Source of the DNA: Pedosphaera sp. | GTDB taxonomy: Bacteria > Verrucomicrobiota > Verrucomicrobiia > Limisphaerales > DSYF01 | Direction of reading: 5' to 3' | NCBI GenBank assembly: GCA_017853715.1 | Contig: JAFMIZ010000005.1 | Coordinates: 2,835-66,834 of the forward strand | DNA: 64,000 bases | Shown: positions 20,101 through 29,651 of the stretch, piece after piece | Numbering within the stretch: the first letter of the stretch is position 1 | Layout of the letters: each line of letters opens with the position of its first letter | Notes under the pieces: model-generated | Seen by the model: the letters and a program-made list of their open reading frames with translations, nothing else | What the model was told of the DNA's origin: nothing | The model's database searches: none | Made by a program: the position numbers and the translations under genes

Positions 20101-20468
20101 TGCTCATCAACGGCTGGAGCGGTTCGGGCGGCGATTGTTTCCCCTACTACTTCAAGAACGCCGGCCTTGGCCCGCTGATTGGAACCCGCACTTGGGGTGG
20201 CTTGATTGGCATTACTGGCTCGCCCGGCCTCATTGATGGCGGCGGCGTGACCGCACCGGCGTTTGCCATCTACGACCTGAAAAGCAACTGGATCATCGAG
20301 AGCGAAGGTGTCAGCCCGGACATCGAAGTGGTGGACAACCCCGCAGACTTTGCTCAAGGACGCGACCCGCAGCTTGAACGCGCCATCGCCGAGGTGTTGA
20401 AGGACCTCCGCGCCAACCCGCCGCTCAAGGTGAACCGCCCGAAGTATCCCGACCGCTCAGGCAACTGA
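17103..20468 (+). CDS. tricorn-protease homolog (beta-propeller + PDZ + S41 peptidase), secreted
   Basis: Signal peptide from ATG 17103 (MKNTLSLCLLSAVALC). N-terminal LLRYPDVSKTRVTFVYAGDIWVAPKNGGEAVRLSS...FSPDGETIAFSANYDGNTDIYTIP pattern. C-terminal S41-like INGWSGSGGDCFPYYFK...GTRTWGG. About 1120 aa. Confidence 0.85.
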   Translation: MKNTLSLCLLSAVALCDGISASATNARLLRYPDVSKTRVTFVYAGDIWVAPKNGGEAVRLSSPRGEESFPKFSPDGETIAFSANYDGNTDIYTIPVKGGVPTRITYHGATDRVLGWYPDGKSILFASGRTSERDRYNKLFKVSKVGGLPEQLPVPYGEMAAISPDESLLAYTPISIDYRTWKRYRGGMTADIWLFDLKTKSAKNVTENTANDSFPMWNGKTLYFLSDRDGKLRHNLWSLDTHSGRINQVTQFKDAEVQSPSMGPEEIVFTTGEQLWLLDLKTLKPRAVEFTVVTDGSELKERQANAADYIQGYDVSPSGKRVVLAARGDIFTLPKEHGITRNLTRSSGVAERWPTWSPDGKRIAYFTDRPGEYQLAVRNEDGTGEEESLTKLGPGFRYRPQWSPDSKQIAFVDFAMRLWLYDFEKRTAQQIDKMLWLYEGELARFRVSWSADSRWLTYAGDLENGHTAIVIYDTEKSARHQVTSGFYDDSQPVFDPEGKYLFFRSGRSFEPIYSDLDHTWIYPNTRVLMAVPLRRDVPSLLAARNDEENDRKTDDKKKDDSDKEGEKPESKSEKQDDSSSDSKAGGKTESDDKKVDAKDKTKSDAKKPKPVLIDLTDFERRAEALPVKPGNYDDLAAVKGRLLYRWLGRAGADNGSAIDYYDLEKRETKRIVDGATDFVLTAKGETLLVRKGSDFYLIEPKEKQSLSKRVETGGLSMTVQPMEEWRQLFTDAWRIERDFFYDPNMHGVDWPAVRQRYSKLIGQCVTRWDVNYVIGEMIAELNASHTYRSGGDVEKSPVRKIGYLGCDFTLTNGAYQISRILDGGAWDNEVRSPLHQTATANALVGQYLLAVNGVPVDTVLEPAAAFQGLAGETVQLTLNGKPSLDGATNLLVKTLESEARLRNLAWIESNRARVADASEGKIGYIYVPNTGRDGQSELVRQYQGQFHLPGLIIDERFNSGGQIPDRFVELIGRKVENYWSVRHGKDWQSPPNAHNGSMAMLINGWSGSGGDCFPYYFKNAGLGPLIGTRTWGGLIGITGSPGLIDGGGVTAPAFAIYDLKSNWIIESEGVSPDIEVVDNPADFAQGRDPQLERAIAEVLKDLRANPPLKVNRPKYPDRSGN

Positions 20469-20740
20469 AGCAAGGGCATGTCGCAGCCACCAAGGCCAAG
20501 CGGTGGATGCTTTGATCTGTTCCGCTTTCTCACGGCAGCGGCTACGACTCATGGTGGTCGGTCGACCTTCTTTCCATGTTCCTCAAGGTAGGCGCGTCAC
20601 TCCGTACGCGCCGTCGCAGGCCAAGTGGTGCCCTTTGCCACCTTCGCGGCGCCCTGGGCACAGCACGGCCTGCACTGCCATAGGTTCAAGGCACCGATGC
20701 GCGTCCATGATTGGAGGTCGAAGCTCCACCGCAACGTCCT

Positions 20741-20777
20741 AAACAAAAAAGCGTGGTCATTGACGACCACGCTTTTT
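20741..20777. terminator. bidirectional intrinsic terminator (downstream of rpmB, and of the tricorn gene on the other strand)
   Basis: aaacaaaaaaGCGTGGTC-attgac-GACCACGCttttt: an 8-bp stem (20751-58 / 20765-72) with an A-run 5' and a T-run 3'. Confidence 0.8.
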
Positions 20778-20796
20778 AAAAACGGTCAGGGAAAGC

Positions 20797-21066
20797 TTAC
20801 GCCTTCTTAGAATCAACCTTTTTCCAGGTGCGCTTGGGCGCCTTGACGACGAGCCCCTTCTTAAGGGCGCTGGCGGCCACACGGATGTAGCGGACCTCAC
20901 CGCCGGGAAGCACGGCCTTCACGCGCTGGAGATTGGGGAAGAAACGACGCTTGGTGATCGCCGTGACGTGCGTGCCGATACCGCCGAGCTTCTTCGCCTT
21001 ACCTGAACGCCAAATGATGCTACCCTTCATTGGGCGCTTACCGGTGACTTTGCAAATACGTGCCAT
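20797..21066 (-). CDS. rpmB: 50S ribosomal protein L28
   Basis: MARICKVTGKRPMKG...TKRRFFPNLQ matches the conserved L28 N-terminal pattern. Confidence 0.9.
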   Translation of the reverse strand: MARICKVTGKRPMKGSIIWRSGKAKKLGGIGTHVTAITKRRFFPNLQRVKAVLPGGEVRYIRVAASALKKGLVVKAPKRTWKKVDSKKA

Positions 21067-21164
21067 AAATTCTCAAATTTAAAGAGCATAGAAAGTAGCA
21101 GGGCGAGGGGTCGTGGCAAGACTAATTTGGGCCGTATTTTGGGGCGTTTAGGCTAATGCCAGCG

Positions 21165-22340
21165 TCACGCCGTTGCCAGATTCTTCTCCAGCAGGAAAGA
21201 TTTTTTAGCGCTCGCATCGGGGCCATTGGTAGCCGGCGGCGAAGGCTCCCATACCTTGATGGGTTCGTAGAAGGTGTTTCGTTGCACAGGAGTGCGTCCG
21301 GTTTCGCGGATGGCTTTCACCAAGTCCCCCTCGGCCTGCAGTTGCGGCGACGGTCCGCCGGCCATGCGGAAGATGTGCTCCTCGATGATTGTCCCATGGA
21401 TGTCATCCGCGCCATAGCTCAAGGCCACTTGTGCGAGCTTTATCCCCAGCCCGACCCAGTAGGCGGTGATGTGGTCGAAGTTGTCGAGGTAGATGCGTGC
21501 CACCGCGATAGTGCGCAAAGCATCGCAGCCCGTGGGCGGATGCGTGACGGGGATCTGGTTGTTCTCTGGCTGATACGCCAACGGGATGAAGCCCACAAAG
21601 CCGTGCGTCTCGTCCTGCAACTTACGGAGCTGGCGCATATGGTCCACGCGATCGGCGAGGGATTCCACGTGGCCGAAGAGCATCGTGCAGGTGCTGCGTC
21701 CGCCGAGCTTGTGCCACGTGCGGTGCACATCGAGGTATTCCTCGGCGGATTCCTTGCCCTTGGCGATGGCGGAACGAACCTCCTTGCGGAAGATTTCCGC
21801 GCCGCCGCCGGTCAACGAAGCCAACCCAGCTTCCTTGAGTTCGCTAAGCGTCTGTTCAACAGACTTCTTTGCGAGCCACGCAAGGTGGAGGATTTCAATC
21901 GCGGTGAAACACTTGAGTTGCAGGCGCGGATCTAGCGCTTTGAGGGCCTTGATGAAATCCAAGTAGTAGCTGAACGGCAGCGAGGGATGCAGTCCGCCCA
22001 CGATGTGCAGTTCGGTGATGCCGAGTTTCAGGGCTTCGCGTGCCTTCTCCACCATTTCCGGAACCGTGAGTTCAAAGCCGTCGGCATCGCGTTTCTTGCG
22101 GGCGAAGGAGCAGAACTGGCAGCTCAGGATGCAGTAGTTGGAGTAGTTGATGTAGCGATTGACGATGTAGCTGGCGCCGTTGCCGACTTTCTTCTGCCGC
22201 GCCAAGTCGGCGATGGCTCCGACGGCGTTGATATCCTTGCTCTCGAACAGGCGCAGCGCCTCGGCCTCGGAGATCCGCTGGCCGGCGGCTACTTTGTCAT
22301 AAATGTCACGCAGTTCGCTGCGTTGAACGAAGAAATGCAT
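21165..22340 (-). CDS. radical-SAM futalosine-pathway enzyme (MqnE/MqnC family; cannot separate the two by eye)
   Basis: CxxxCxxC cluster in YINYSNYCILSCQFCSFARKK. HIVGGLHP and GADDIHGTIIEEHIFRMAG are as in CofH/MqnC/MqnE. Neighbours are UbiA- and UbiX-like genes. Confidence 0.8.
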   Translation of the reverse strand: MHFFVQRSELRDIYDKVAAGQRISEAEALRLFESKDINAVGAIADLARQKKVGNGASYIVNRYINYSNYCILSCQFCSFARKKRDADGFELTVPEMVEKAREALKLGITELHIVGGLHPSLPFSYYLDFIKALKALDPRLQLKCFTAIEILHLAWLAKKSVEQTLSELKEAGLASLTGGGAEIFRKEVRSAIAKGKESAEEYLDVHRTWHKLGGRSTCTMLFGHVESLADRVDHMRQLRKLQDETHGFVGFIPLAYQPENNQIPVTHPPTGCDALRTIAVARIYLDNFDHITAYWVGLGIKLAQVALSYGADDIHGTIIEEHIFRMAGGPSPQLQAEGDLVKAIRETGRTPVQRNTFYEPIKVWEPSPPATNGPDASAKKSFLLEKNLATA

Positions 22341-22396
22341 CGCTCACCCATTAAAGCAGCGATTGCCGCGCAAGGCAAACGCGGCTGCCCAGACGT

Positions 22397-23293
22397 TTAA
22401 CGCAACCGAAAACCGCCCTTGAACACCACTTCGGCCAGCACGGCGGCGAGAAAGACCAGACTGATAACGGCGTTCAGGCGAAAGAAGGCTAGGTTGACCC
22501 AATTGAGACTGCGGCGGCGGGCAATCCAATGTTCCAGCGTCAGACAGCCAGCGATGAGAAACCAGCCGACGAGGAAGGCCAGGCGGAAACGGCACAGTAG
22601 CCCGAAGATCAACAGCAGCCCGCACATTACCATATGAGCAAGGAAAGCGGCGGTCAGGGCGTTTTGCGGGCCCCAGCGGACCACCAGCGAGTGCAGACCA
22701 CGTTTACGGTCAAACTCGTAGTCTTGCAGCGCATAAATGATGTCGAAGCCGACCAGCCAGAGAATCACCGCCGCCGCAAGGATGACCATTTGAACGGCCT
22801 CCAGCATAGAGACGTTCACCCCCTTCACCGCCAGCCAAGCCCCCACGGGCGCCAGCGCCAGCGCGATGCCGAGATAGACATGGGTGAAATCTGTGAAGCG
22901 TTTGGTCAGGGAATAAAAGCAGATGGCCGCCAGCGCGACTGGAGACAGCCAGAAGCAGATCGGGTTGATAAGGAAGGCCGCCAGGATAAAACCAATGCCG
23001 GTCAACATGCACAGGGTCATGGCGCTGGACAGACTAATCTGGCCGGCGGGCAGGTGGCGATTGGCTGTGCGCGGATTCTGGGCGTCGAATTCGCGGTCTG
23101 CGATGCGATTGAAAGCCATGGCGCAGGTCCGGGCGCAGACCATCGCGGCGATGATCAGTCCAAACGTGCGCCAGCCGGGCCAGCCGCGATTTTCACGCGC
23201 GGCGACGGCCATGGCCGCGAGCGCAAACGGCAGGGCAAATACCGTGTGGGAGAAGCGGACGAATCCACCCCACTGGCGAATTGTGGCAAGCAT
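22397..23293 (-). CDS. UbiA-family aromatic prenyltransferase (MqnP-like)
   Basis: NRIADREFDAQNPRTANR (NxxxDxxxD motif) and a second Asp-rich region YALQDYEFDRKRG. About 8 TM helices. Start at ATG 23293, 2 nt after the ubiX stop. Confidence 0.85.
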   Translation of the reverse strand: MLATIRQWGGFVRFSHTVFALPFALAAMAVAARENRGWPGWRTFGLIIAAMVCARTCAMAFNRIADREFDAQNPRTANRHLPAGQISLSSAMTLCMLTGIGFILAAFLINPICFWLSPVALAAICFYSLTKRFTDFTHVYLGIALALAPVGAWLAVKGVNVSMLEAVQMVILAAAVILWLVGFDIIYALQDYEFDRKRGLHSLVVRWGPQNALTAAFLAHMVMCGLLLIFGLLCRFRLAFLVGWFLIAGCLTLEHWIARRRSLNWVNLAFFRLNAVISLVFLAAVLAEVVFKGGFRLR

Positions 23294-23295
23294 TG

Positions 23296-23862
23296 CTACT
23301 CGGGCTCCGCCCACCGTGCCACGAGTTGGTGCGGCACTCCCATATGGTCCAGCACGCGGGCGACAACGGTATCTACTACGGCTTCAACGGTGGCAGGTCG
23401 CATGTAGTAGGAAGGGTTGGCGGGCAGAATGGTCGCGCCGGCGAGCAGCAGCAGTTCCATGTTCTTGATGTGTATGAGATTCAGCGGCGTTTCGCGCGGG
23501 ACCAGAATGAGTTTGCGCTTCTCCTTCAGCACCACGTCCGCCGCGCGCAACAAAACGTCCTCACTGTAACCGTGGGCGATGCGTCCCATGGTACCCATGC
23601 TGCACGGAATCACCACCATCACGTCCGGCGGATTGGAGCCACTGGCGAAGGGAGCGTTCATGCTCTTGAGGCTGTGTGCCGAAACTCCCGCAGGCAACTG
23701 CAGACCGTTGGGCAACTCCTCGCGAATCACCTGATTGGCGTAGTTGCTGAGCACGACGTGGATCTCGTGCTGGCGCGGATCGAGATTATCGAGCAGGCGC
23801 TGGGCGTAGGGCGAGCCACTGGCTCCGGTGATGGCGACGAGTATTTTCACAACGGCGCGCAA
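23296..23862 (-). CDS. ubiX: UbiX-family flavin prenyltransferase
   Basis: KILVAITGASGSPYAQRLL, PCSMGTMGRIAHG and LILVPRETPL; about 188 aa. Confidence 0.9.
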   Translation of the reverse strand: MRAVVKILVAITGASGSPYAQRLLDNLDPRQHEIHVVLSNYANQVIREELPNGLQLPAGVSAHSLKSMNAPFASGSNPPDVMVVIPCSMGTMGRIAHGYSEDVLLRAADVVLKEKRKLILVPRETPLNLIHIKNMELLLLAGATILPANPSYYMRPATVEAVVDTVVARVLDHMGVPHQLVARWAEPE

Positions 23863-23916
23863 ACTATGGCGCAGCCGGACCGCAGCGACAAGCTCCCCGA
23901 CAACCCCGAAGGAAGT

Positions 23917-24546
23917 TTAGAGCGGCAACAACAAGGTGGTCCAGAGCGCCTGAGAGTGCGCCCATTCGATAAGTTCAGCAAGCACGATGGCACCGAGAAA
24001 GCACGAAGCCTCGCGCATGCCGCGGGTGAATGGAATCAAGTTCAGTTCAACGGTGGGCACGCCAGAGGGCTTGGCGAAACGGGGCCAGAAACGAGGAACG
24101 CGCCGGCAGTATTCAGTGAAATTGTCACCGTGCAATTGCTGCAACCGGGTCTCCTCGCCACGAATCACGAATGCGTAATAGATCAGAAAAGCCGGCGCAG
24201 CCAGTCCACCAAGCAATACGTTCTGGACCGCGAGGGTGAATCCCACCACGCCAATGAACGAAAAGAAGTAGAGCGGATTGCGGGTCAGTGAATACGGTCC
24301 GGACTGGCAAAGCTCGCGATTCTTGCGGCCAGCGATGTAGGCGAGCGACCAAATTCGCCCCAAGGCCGCCATGCACAGCAATACGAAACCACCAAGCTCC
24401 ATCAGCTCGTGCCACCCGTAGCCGAGCCCTATCGGCACGGTCAAAAGGGCAGCGAGCATTCCGATGGTCGCCACGAATGCCGAGGCGGGCTTGCGCCACT
24501 TTTGGGCGAGCGTCTCGTGCTTGGGTCGAAAGGTGACTGATTTCAT
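23917..24546 (-). CDS. ICMT/PEMT-family integral-membrane methyltransferase
   Basis: GPYSLTRNPLYFFSFIGVVG core of the isoprenylcysteine carboxyl / phospholipid methyltransferase family. Multi-TM. Start taken at ATG 24546 (MKSVTFRPK...), not at the 24816 ORF start. Confidence 0.7.
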   Translation of the reverse strand: MKSVTFRPKHETLAQKWRKPASAFVATIGMLAALLTVPIGLGYGWHELMELGGFVLLCMAALGRIWSLAYIAGRKNRELCQSGPYSLTRNPLYFFSFIGVVGFTLAVQNVLLGGLAAPAFLIYYAFVIRGEETRLQQLHGDNFTEYCRRVPRFWPRFAKPSGVPTVELNLIPFTRGMREASCFLGAIVLAELIEWAHSQALWTTLLLPL

Positions 24547-24674
24547 CAACGAGATTGATACAATCGAGTAGAGATTCCATTCAATCTTTTCAGGGTGAAA
24601 GTTGACCTTCAGCAGGTGGGCTGGACATGAGCGCGGGTCTGCGGCAGCTTCGCACCCCGTCCTGCGCGGGAAGA

Positions 24675-25472
24675 ATGACCGACCAAGAATCAAACCTGCA
24701 GCCGCCACTGCTCGGAGCCAAAATCTCCTTGCCCCCGCCCGCATCGTCGCTCTTGTCACGTCTGCTGAACATCTTCGCCATTCCGAGCGCCGTCTTCGAG
24801 GAAATGAGCAAGTCACGGCATAGCACAGGCAACTGGCTGCTGCCCACTGCCCTGTGCTGCGTCGTGATGGTGATGTGGTCGTTTGCCGTGCTGGCGATGC
24901 CTGCGATGCAAAAAAACCTGGCGGAGGTGCATGAAAAGCAAATCCAGACGATTGAAACCGCAGTGGCCGAAGGCAAACAAACCCGATCTCAAGGGGATGA
25001 TCTCATTAAGACAATCAACACGATCATGCAACCCACGGTGATGCGAGTGCTGGCGGTGGGCGGGGGGCTGGCCGGGGTGATCTTGCGAGTCTTTGGGTGG
25101 GCGTTTGTGCTCTGGCTGATTGCACGCCGCTTCTTGCAATTTCCATTGCCCTACTCGAAGGCGCTTGAGGTGGTGGGTTTGAGCGGCATGGTCGCACTGC
25201 TGGACACGGTGGTGAGGCTGGCATTGGTGGTGGAGTTGCATCCGCCCGGCGCCGGGATTGCCGTCTCCGATCTTGGACTCAGCGGCAGTTTCAATCTGAC
25301 GCATCTGCTGATGAATCTGCTGCGCTTCTGGCTGCTGGCATTAATGGCCACCGGCTTGGCGCGTATGACTAGCGTTGTCTGGTTCCGTGCGGCCCTGCCC
25401 GTCTTCGTTTGCGGGATGGTGGTCGACTTGCTGGCGGCGCTGTTTGGCTTTGGACTTCTGAGGGCGGGGTAA
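24675..25472 (+). CDS. Yip1-domain membrane protein
   Basis: N-terminal SSLLSRLLNIFAIPSAVFEEM followed by 5 predicted TM helices, a topology typical of the bacterial Yip1/DUF1282 family. ATG 24675 chosen. Confidence 0.6.
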   Translation: MTDQESNLQPPLLGAKISLPPPASSLLSRLLNIFAIPSAVFEEMSKSRHSTGNWLLPTALCCVVMVMWSFAVLAMPAMQKNLAEVHEKQIQTIETAVAEGKQTRSQGDDLIKTINTIMQPTVMRVLAVGGGLAGVILRVFGWAFVLWLIARRFLQFPLPYSKALEVVGLSGMVALLDTVVRLALVVELHPPGAGIAVSDLGLSGSFNLTHLLMNLLRFWLLALMATGLARMTSVVWFRAALPVFVCGMVVDLLAALFGFGLLRAG

Positions 25473-25589
25473 GTTCTACAGTGCCCACCCACAGTTTTTC
25501 ACTGCTTCAGGCACGCAAGCCCACCAGGATGCTGCTAACCAACCCGGTTTGGAGCATCACTCATTGACCCTTAGCACAAGGAACCAAAT

Positions 25590-26389
25590 CATGACAGGCA
25601 CATCGCTCCGCCTCCGCAAGCACCGGAGCCTGCCTCCTCGTCGCTGACTTCGCGCCTGATAAATGTATTCGTGGCGCCAGGAGAGGTCTTCGCGGAAGTC
25701 AAAAACGGCCCGATCAACCACGCCAATTGGTGGGTGCCTGCACTGCCATTCACGGTGGTAAGCTGGATGGCTTGCACTCTGCCCCCAACCCGTGATCAGA
25801 CAACAACTGGCAGATGTTCAAGGGCGAGCACTGCAGCAAGACTTTCAACCCTACGTTGACTCGGGAAAGATGACGCAGGCTCAGGCTGAACAGGCCAAGG
25901 CACAGGCAACAAAGTTCGCGAGCATGGGCCAGATGGCGGGAGTGTTTATCAGCCCGATATCCCAAGCGGCCATCACCCCGTTCTGGGGTGGATTCATTCC
26001 CTGGCTGGGTGGCTAGCTGGTCTTGCGCCAGCGCTTTGCCTACCTGAAAGCAGTTGGGGTGGTTGGGTTGACCCTCGGAGTTCTTGCGATTGGGGCGATT
26101 GTCAGAGGACTGTTCTGCACGGCCACGGGGGGGGCCGTTCGCCAGCGCCGGGCCGGTGATGCTCGTCAAAGATTTCAATCCCAGCAACCCCCGCCCCCCT
26201 GACGGTGGACTTCTTCGTTATTTGGGGTAGCACTCATTGCGCCGTTGGTTTGCCAAAACTGGCAGACACCTTACTCGCCAGGGCTGCGGCGTCGGTGCTG
26301 GGGGGAGGGAGATCTTGATTGCGAGTGCCGTGCTGGTGTTTAACCTTGGGGCACAGAAGCTGGCGAGTTCAATAGCAGGAAATCGCTAA
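25590..26389 (+). pseudogene. decayed tandem paralog of the Yip1-domain gene
   Basis: Pieces align to the upstream gene but sit in three frames: SSLTSRLINVFVAPGEVFAEV..., VIRQQLADVQ...ITPFWGGFIPWLGG-TAG-LVLRQRFAYLKAVGVVGLTLG..., FFVIWGS...ARAAASVLGG and EILIASAVLVFNLG. There is an in-frame TAG, TM1 is shortened, and homopolymer runs G8 (26127-34), C5/C6 (26188-99) and G6 (26300-05) lie in the disrupted region. Confidence 0.7.
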
Positions 26390-26411
26390 TCCCTCAACGA
26401 CCACTTTTCTC

Positions 26412-27707
26412 ATGGCCAAATCCAAGCAACGCAGAAAACTTGTCATCTTCGGGCTGCCCGCCCTGGTCATCGTCGGACTCGGGTTGTGGGCGGCGTTCGC
26501 CAAACGTGAGGTGCTGATCTCCGTGCAGACGGAGAAAGTGACGCGCCGCGACCTCACCGAAATCGTCGTCGCAAACGGACGCATCCAACCCGTCACGCAG
26601 GTCAAGATCAGCCCCGAAGTCAGCGGAGAAATCATCGAACTCCCGGTCAAGGAGGGCATGGCCGTGAAGAAGGGCGACCTGCTCGTGCGGATCAAACCGG
26701 ATTTCTACGAGGCCAGCCGCAATTCGGCGCAGGCCAGCTACAACGTTTCCCTTGCGGGCAAGTCCACAGCGGAAGCGAATCTCGCCCGCGCCGAAGCCGA
26801 GTTCAAACGCAATGAGGAACTGTTCAACCGTAAGCTCATCTCGGAATCAGTCTTCACCGACGTCAAAACCTCGTATCAGATTGGCAAAGCACAATTGGCC
26901 CAGTCCCAGCACCAGATCGAGATGGCCAAGGCCGCGCTCGACAAGGCCGACGAGGATTTGCGCAAGACGACGATCTACGCACCGCTCGATGGAACGGTGA
27001 CCAAACTCATCTCACAAGTGGGCGAACGCGTCGTGGGCACGGCGATGATGGCGGGCACGGACATCATGGTGGTCTCTGACCTCAACGAAATGGAAGCCCG
27101 CGTGGACATCGGCGAAATCGATGTGGTGCTCATCCAGCCCGGCCAGACGGCCCAGCTTGAAGTGGATGCCTTCAAGGATCGCAAGTTCCAGGGGCAAGTC
27201 ACTGAGATCGCAAATTCCGCCAAAGGCTCGCAACTGAACTCGGCCATGGCCAACTCGTCGCAGGAAGCCACCAAGTTCGAGGTGCGCATCCGCATCAGGG
27301 AGAAGGGGGACTTTCTTCCGGGGATGTCCGTGACCGGCGAGATTGAAACGCGTTACCGCACCAATGCGGTGAGCGTTCCCATCGCAGCGGTGACCACGCG
27401 CACGCCAAAAAATGACGCGGCGGCGAAAGCCGAGAACAAAGCCGCAACCAACCACGTCCCGGACACCTCACCCAAGTCAGACAAGAAAGCCGCCAAGATG
27501 CGGGAAGTCTTGTTTGTGGTAGACGGCGACCACGTGAAGCAATCGGAGGTGAAAATTGGCATCGCTGGCGACAACTACTGGGAGATCACCGAGGGGCTGG
27601 ATGAGGGACAGGAAATCGTGATCGGCGGCTACCGCGCCATCAGCCGGGATCTTGAGGACGGAAAAAAGATTCGCCGAGGCGGAGCCGCAGCCGAAGACAA
27701 AGAATAA
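26412..27707 (+). CDS. efflux transporter periplasmic adaptor (HlyD/MacA-type membrane fusion protein)
   Basis: N-terminal TM anchor. Lipoyl-like GDLLVRI...[12 protein letters not shown]. Long coiled-coil hairpin. Followed by MacB-type ABC genes. Confidence 0.88.
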   Translation: MAKSKQRRKLVIFGLPALVIVGLGLWAAFAKREVLISVQTEKVTRRDLTEIVVANGRIQPVTQVKISPEVSGEIIELPVKEGMAVKKGDLLVRIKPDFYEASRNSAQASYNVSLAGKSTAEANLARAEAEFKRNEELFNRKLISESVFTDVKTSYQIGKAQLAQSQHQIEMAKAALDKADEDLRKTTIYAPLDGTVTKLISQVGERVVGTAMMAGTDIMVVSDLNEMEARVDIGEIDVVLIQPGQTAQLEVDAFKDRKFQGQVTEIANSAKGSQLNSAMANSSQEATKFEVRIRIREKGDFLPGMSVTGEIETRYRTNAVSVPIAAVTTRTPKNDAAAKAENKAATNHVPDTSPKSDKKAAKMREVLFVVDGDHVKQSEVKIGIAGDNYWEITEGLDEGQEIVIGGYRAISRDLEDGKKIRRGGAAAEDKE

Positions 27708-27735
27708 AAGTAACGCTCCCCTGCCCTGCCCTGCC

Positions 27736-28425
27736 ATGAGCCTGATTCGCCTCGAAAAAATCACCCGCCGCTATCAGATGGGCGGTGAGACCATTCATGC
27801 GTTGCGCGAGGTGTCGCTGACCATTGCCCGCGGCGAATACGTTGCCATCATGGGCCCGTCCGGGTCCGGCAAATCCACGCTGATGAATCTCATCGGCTGT
27901 TTGGACACTCCCACATCCGGCAGCTACCACTTGAACGGCGCGGACGTCAGCGACATGGACGACAATGAACTGGCCGAGGTGCGCAACCGCGAGATCGGCT
28001 TCGTTTTCCAGACCTTCAATCTGCTCGCCCGCTCGAATGCGCTGCACAACGTGGAACTCCCGTTGATTTATGCGGGCATCGACACAGACGAACGGCGTCG
28101 GGTAGCGCTCGAAGCCATCGAGAGTGTTGGCCTGACTGACCGCATGCATCACAAGCCCAACGAGCTTTCCGGTGGTCAACGTCAACGCGTGGCCGTGGCG
28201 CGCGCTTTGGTGAACAAACCCTCCATCCTGCTCGCCGACGAGCCCACGGGAAATCTCGACTCGCGCACCGGTGAGGAGATCATGGCGCTGTTCGAGCAAC
28301 TCTCGCGCAGTGGCAACACGATCATTGTTGTGACGCATGAGGAAGACATCGCACGACACGCCCGCCGCATCCTGCGCATCCGCGACGGGCTGATCGCGAG
28401 CGATGAAGTGCAAGGCCGGTCATGA
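27736..28425 (+). CDS. ABC transporter ATP-binding protein (MacB/LolD type)
   Basis: [24 protein letters not shown] and [14 protein letters not shown] 27736 (MSLIRLEKI...). Confidence 0.92.
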   Translation: MSLIRLEKITRRYQMGGETIHALREVSLTIARGEYVAIMGPSGSGKSTLMNLIGCLDTPTSGSYHLNGADVSDMDDNELAEVRNREIGFVFQTFNLLARSNALHNVELPLIYAGIDTDERRRVALEAIESVGLTDRMHHKPNELSGGQRQRVAVARALVNKPSILLADEPTGNLDSRTGEEIMALFEQLSRSGNTIIVVTHEEDIARHARRILRIRDGLIASDEVQGRS

Positions 28426-29651
28426 CCCTGCTCGCCGAGATTCGGGAAGGCCTGCGGATCGCACTCACGGCCATTCGCGCCAACAAGCTGCGCTCATGCC
28501 TCACGACGCTCGGCGTCATCATCGGCATTCTCACGGTCACACTTATGGGCACGGCCATCGAGGGTTTGAACCGTTCCTTCATGCAGAGCATTTCATCCAT
28601 CGGTGCGGACGTGCTCTACGCGCAACGCCAGGACTGGATCATCCGCTCCCATGAAGAATGGTTGACCATGCGCAAGCGCCGCCCCGTCACGGTCAGTCAG
28701 GCAGAGTCAATCCTCCGTCAGGTGGAATTTGCCAAGGCCATCTCCCCGATTGCGCAACGGGGCGGCAAAATTCAATATCAAGATCGCGACACCTTATCGC
28801 CCGCCATCGTTGGCACTACTGACCAATACGCCATCTCTGCAGGAGTCTCCTTGAACGCTGGGCGTTTTATCACCAGCAGCGAATCGGAGGGAGGCCGCCC
28901 GGTGTGCGTCTTGGGTGCCACCGTAGCGACTAACTTGTTCAAATCAGAATCGGCCATAGGTGCCCGGGTGAAAATCGCCGGACGGAACTTCGACGTCGTT
29001 GGCGTTCTCGAACCGGTCGGCGGCTTGTTTGGCGAGGGCGGCGTGGACAGCCAAATTGTCATTCCGCTTAATCAATTTCTAACCCTCCTCGACAACAATC
29101 CGGATGTCTCCTTGCAGGTCAAGGTGGCATCCGGCGAAGGGCTGGAGGAGGCTCGTGAGGAGTTGCGCGCCATAATGCGCAAGGTCCGGCAAGTGAAACC
29201 CAGCGATCCAGACGACTTTTCCATCAATCAACAGGACCAGATCGTGAGCGCGTTTCGCCAGGTGGCCGGAACCATCGCCGCCGTGGGCTTGTTCATCACC
29301 GGACTGTCGTTGTTCGTCGGCGGCATCGGCATCATGAACATCATGTTCGTCTCCGTGGCCGAGCGCACCAAGGAGATCGGCATCCGCAAAGCCATCGGCG
29401 CCAAACATCGCACAATTCTCATCCAGTTCCTGATCGAAGCCGCCGCCATCTGCGTGCTGGGTGGACTCATCGGCCTCGCGCTCGCGTGGCCAATCACATT
29501 GATCATGGCCAAAGTCATGCCGTCCACCTTGTCGCCCACCATCGTATGTCTCGCGCTGGTAGTGGCGGCGTTGACGGGGATCATTTCCGGCTTCCTGCCT
29601 GCGTGGCGCGCAGCCCGAATGAACCCGGTGGATGCGTTGCGATCAGAATGA
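28422..29651 (+). CDS. ABC transporter permease (MacB_PCD + FtsX)
   Basis: N-terminal TM, periplasmic domain, and C-terminal FtsX helices with [31 protein letters not shown] overlap with the ATPase gene. Confidence 0.88.
   Translation: MTLLAEIREGLRIALTAIRANKLRSCLTTLGVIIGILTVTLMGTAIEGLNRSFMQSISSIGADVLYAQRQDWIIRSHEEWLTMRKRRPVTVSQAESILRQVEFAKAISPIAQRGGKIQYQDRDTLSPAIVGTTDQYAISAGVSLNAGRFITSSESEGGRPVCVLGATVATNLFKSESAIGARVKIAGRNFDVVGVLEPVGGLFGEGGVDSQIVIPLNQFLTLLDNNPDVSLQVKVASGEGLEEAREELRAIMRKVRQVKPSDPDDFSINQQDQIVSAFRQVAGTIAAVGLFITGLSLFVGGIGIMNIMFVSVAERTKEIGIRKAIGAKHRTILIQFLIEAAAICVLGGLIGLALAWPITLIMAKVMPSTLSPTIVCLALVVAALTGIISGFLPAWRAARMNPVDALRSE

Noticed and set aside
20712-20728. T-arm-like hairpin on the minus strand (TGGAG-cttcgac-CTCCA) that suggested a tRNA or tmRNA 3' end.
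   Set aside because: There is no acceptor stem, no CCA and no upstream cloverleaf. The rpmB terminator hairpin sits immediately upstream on that strand.
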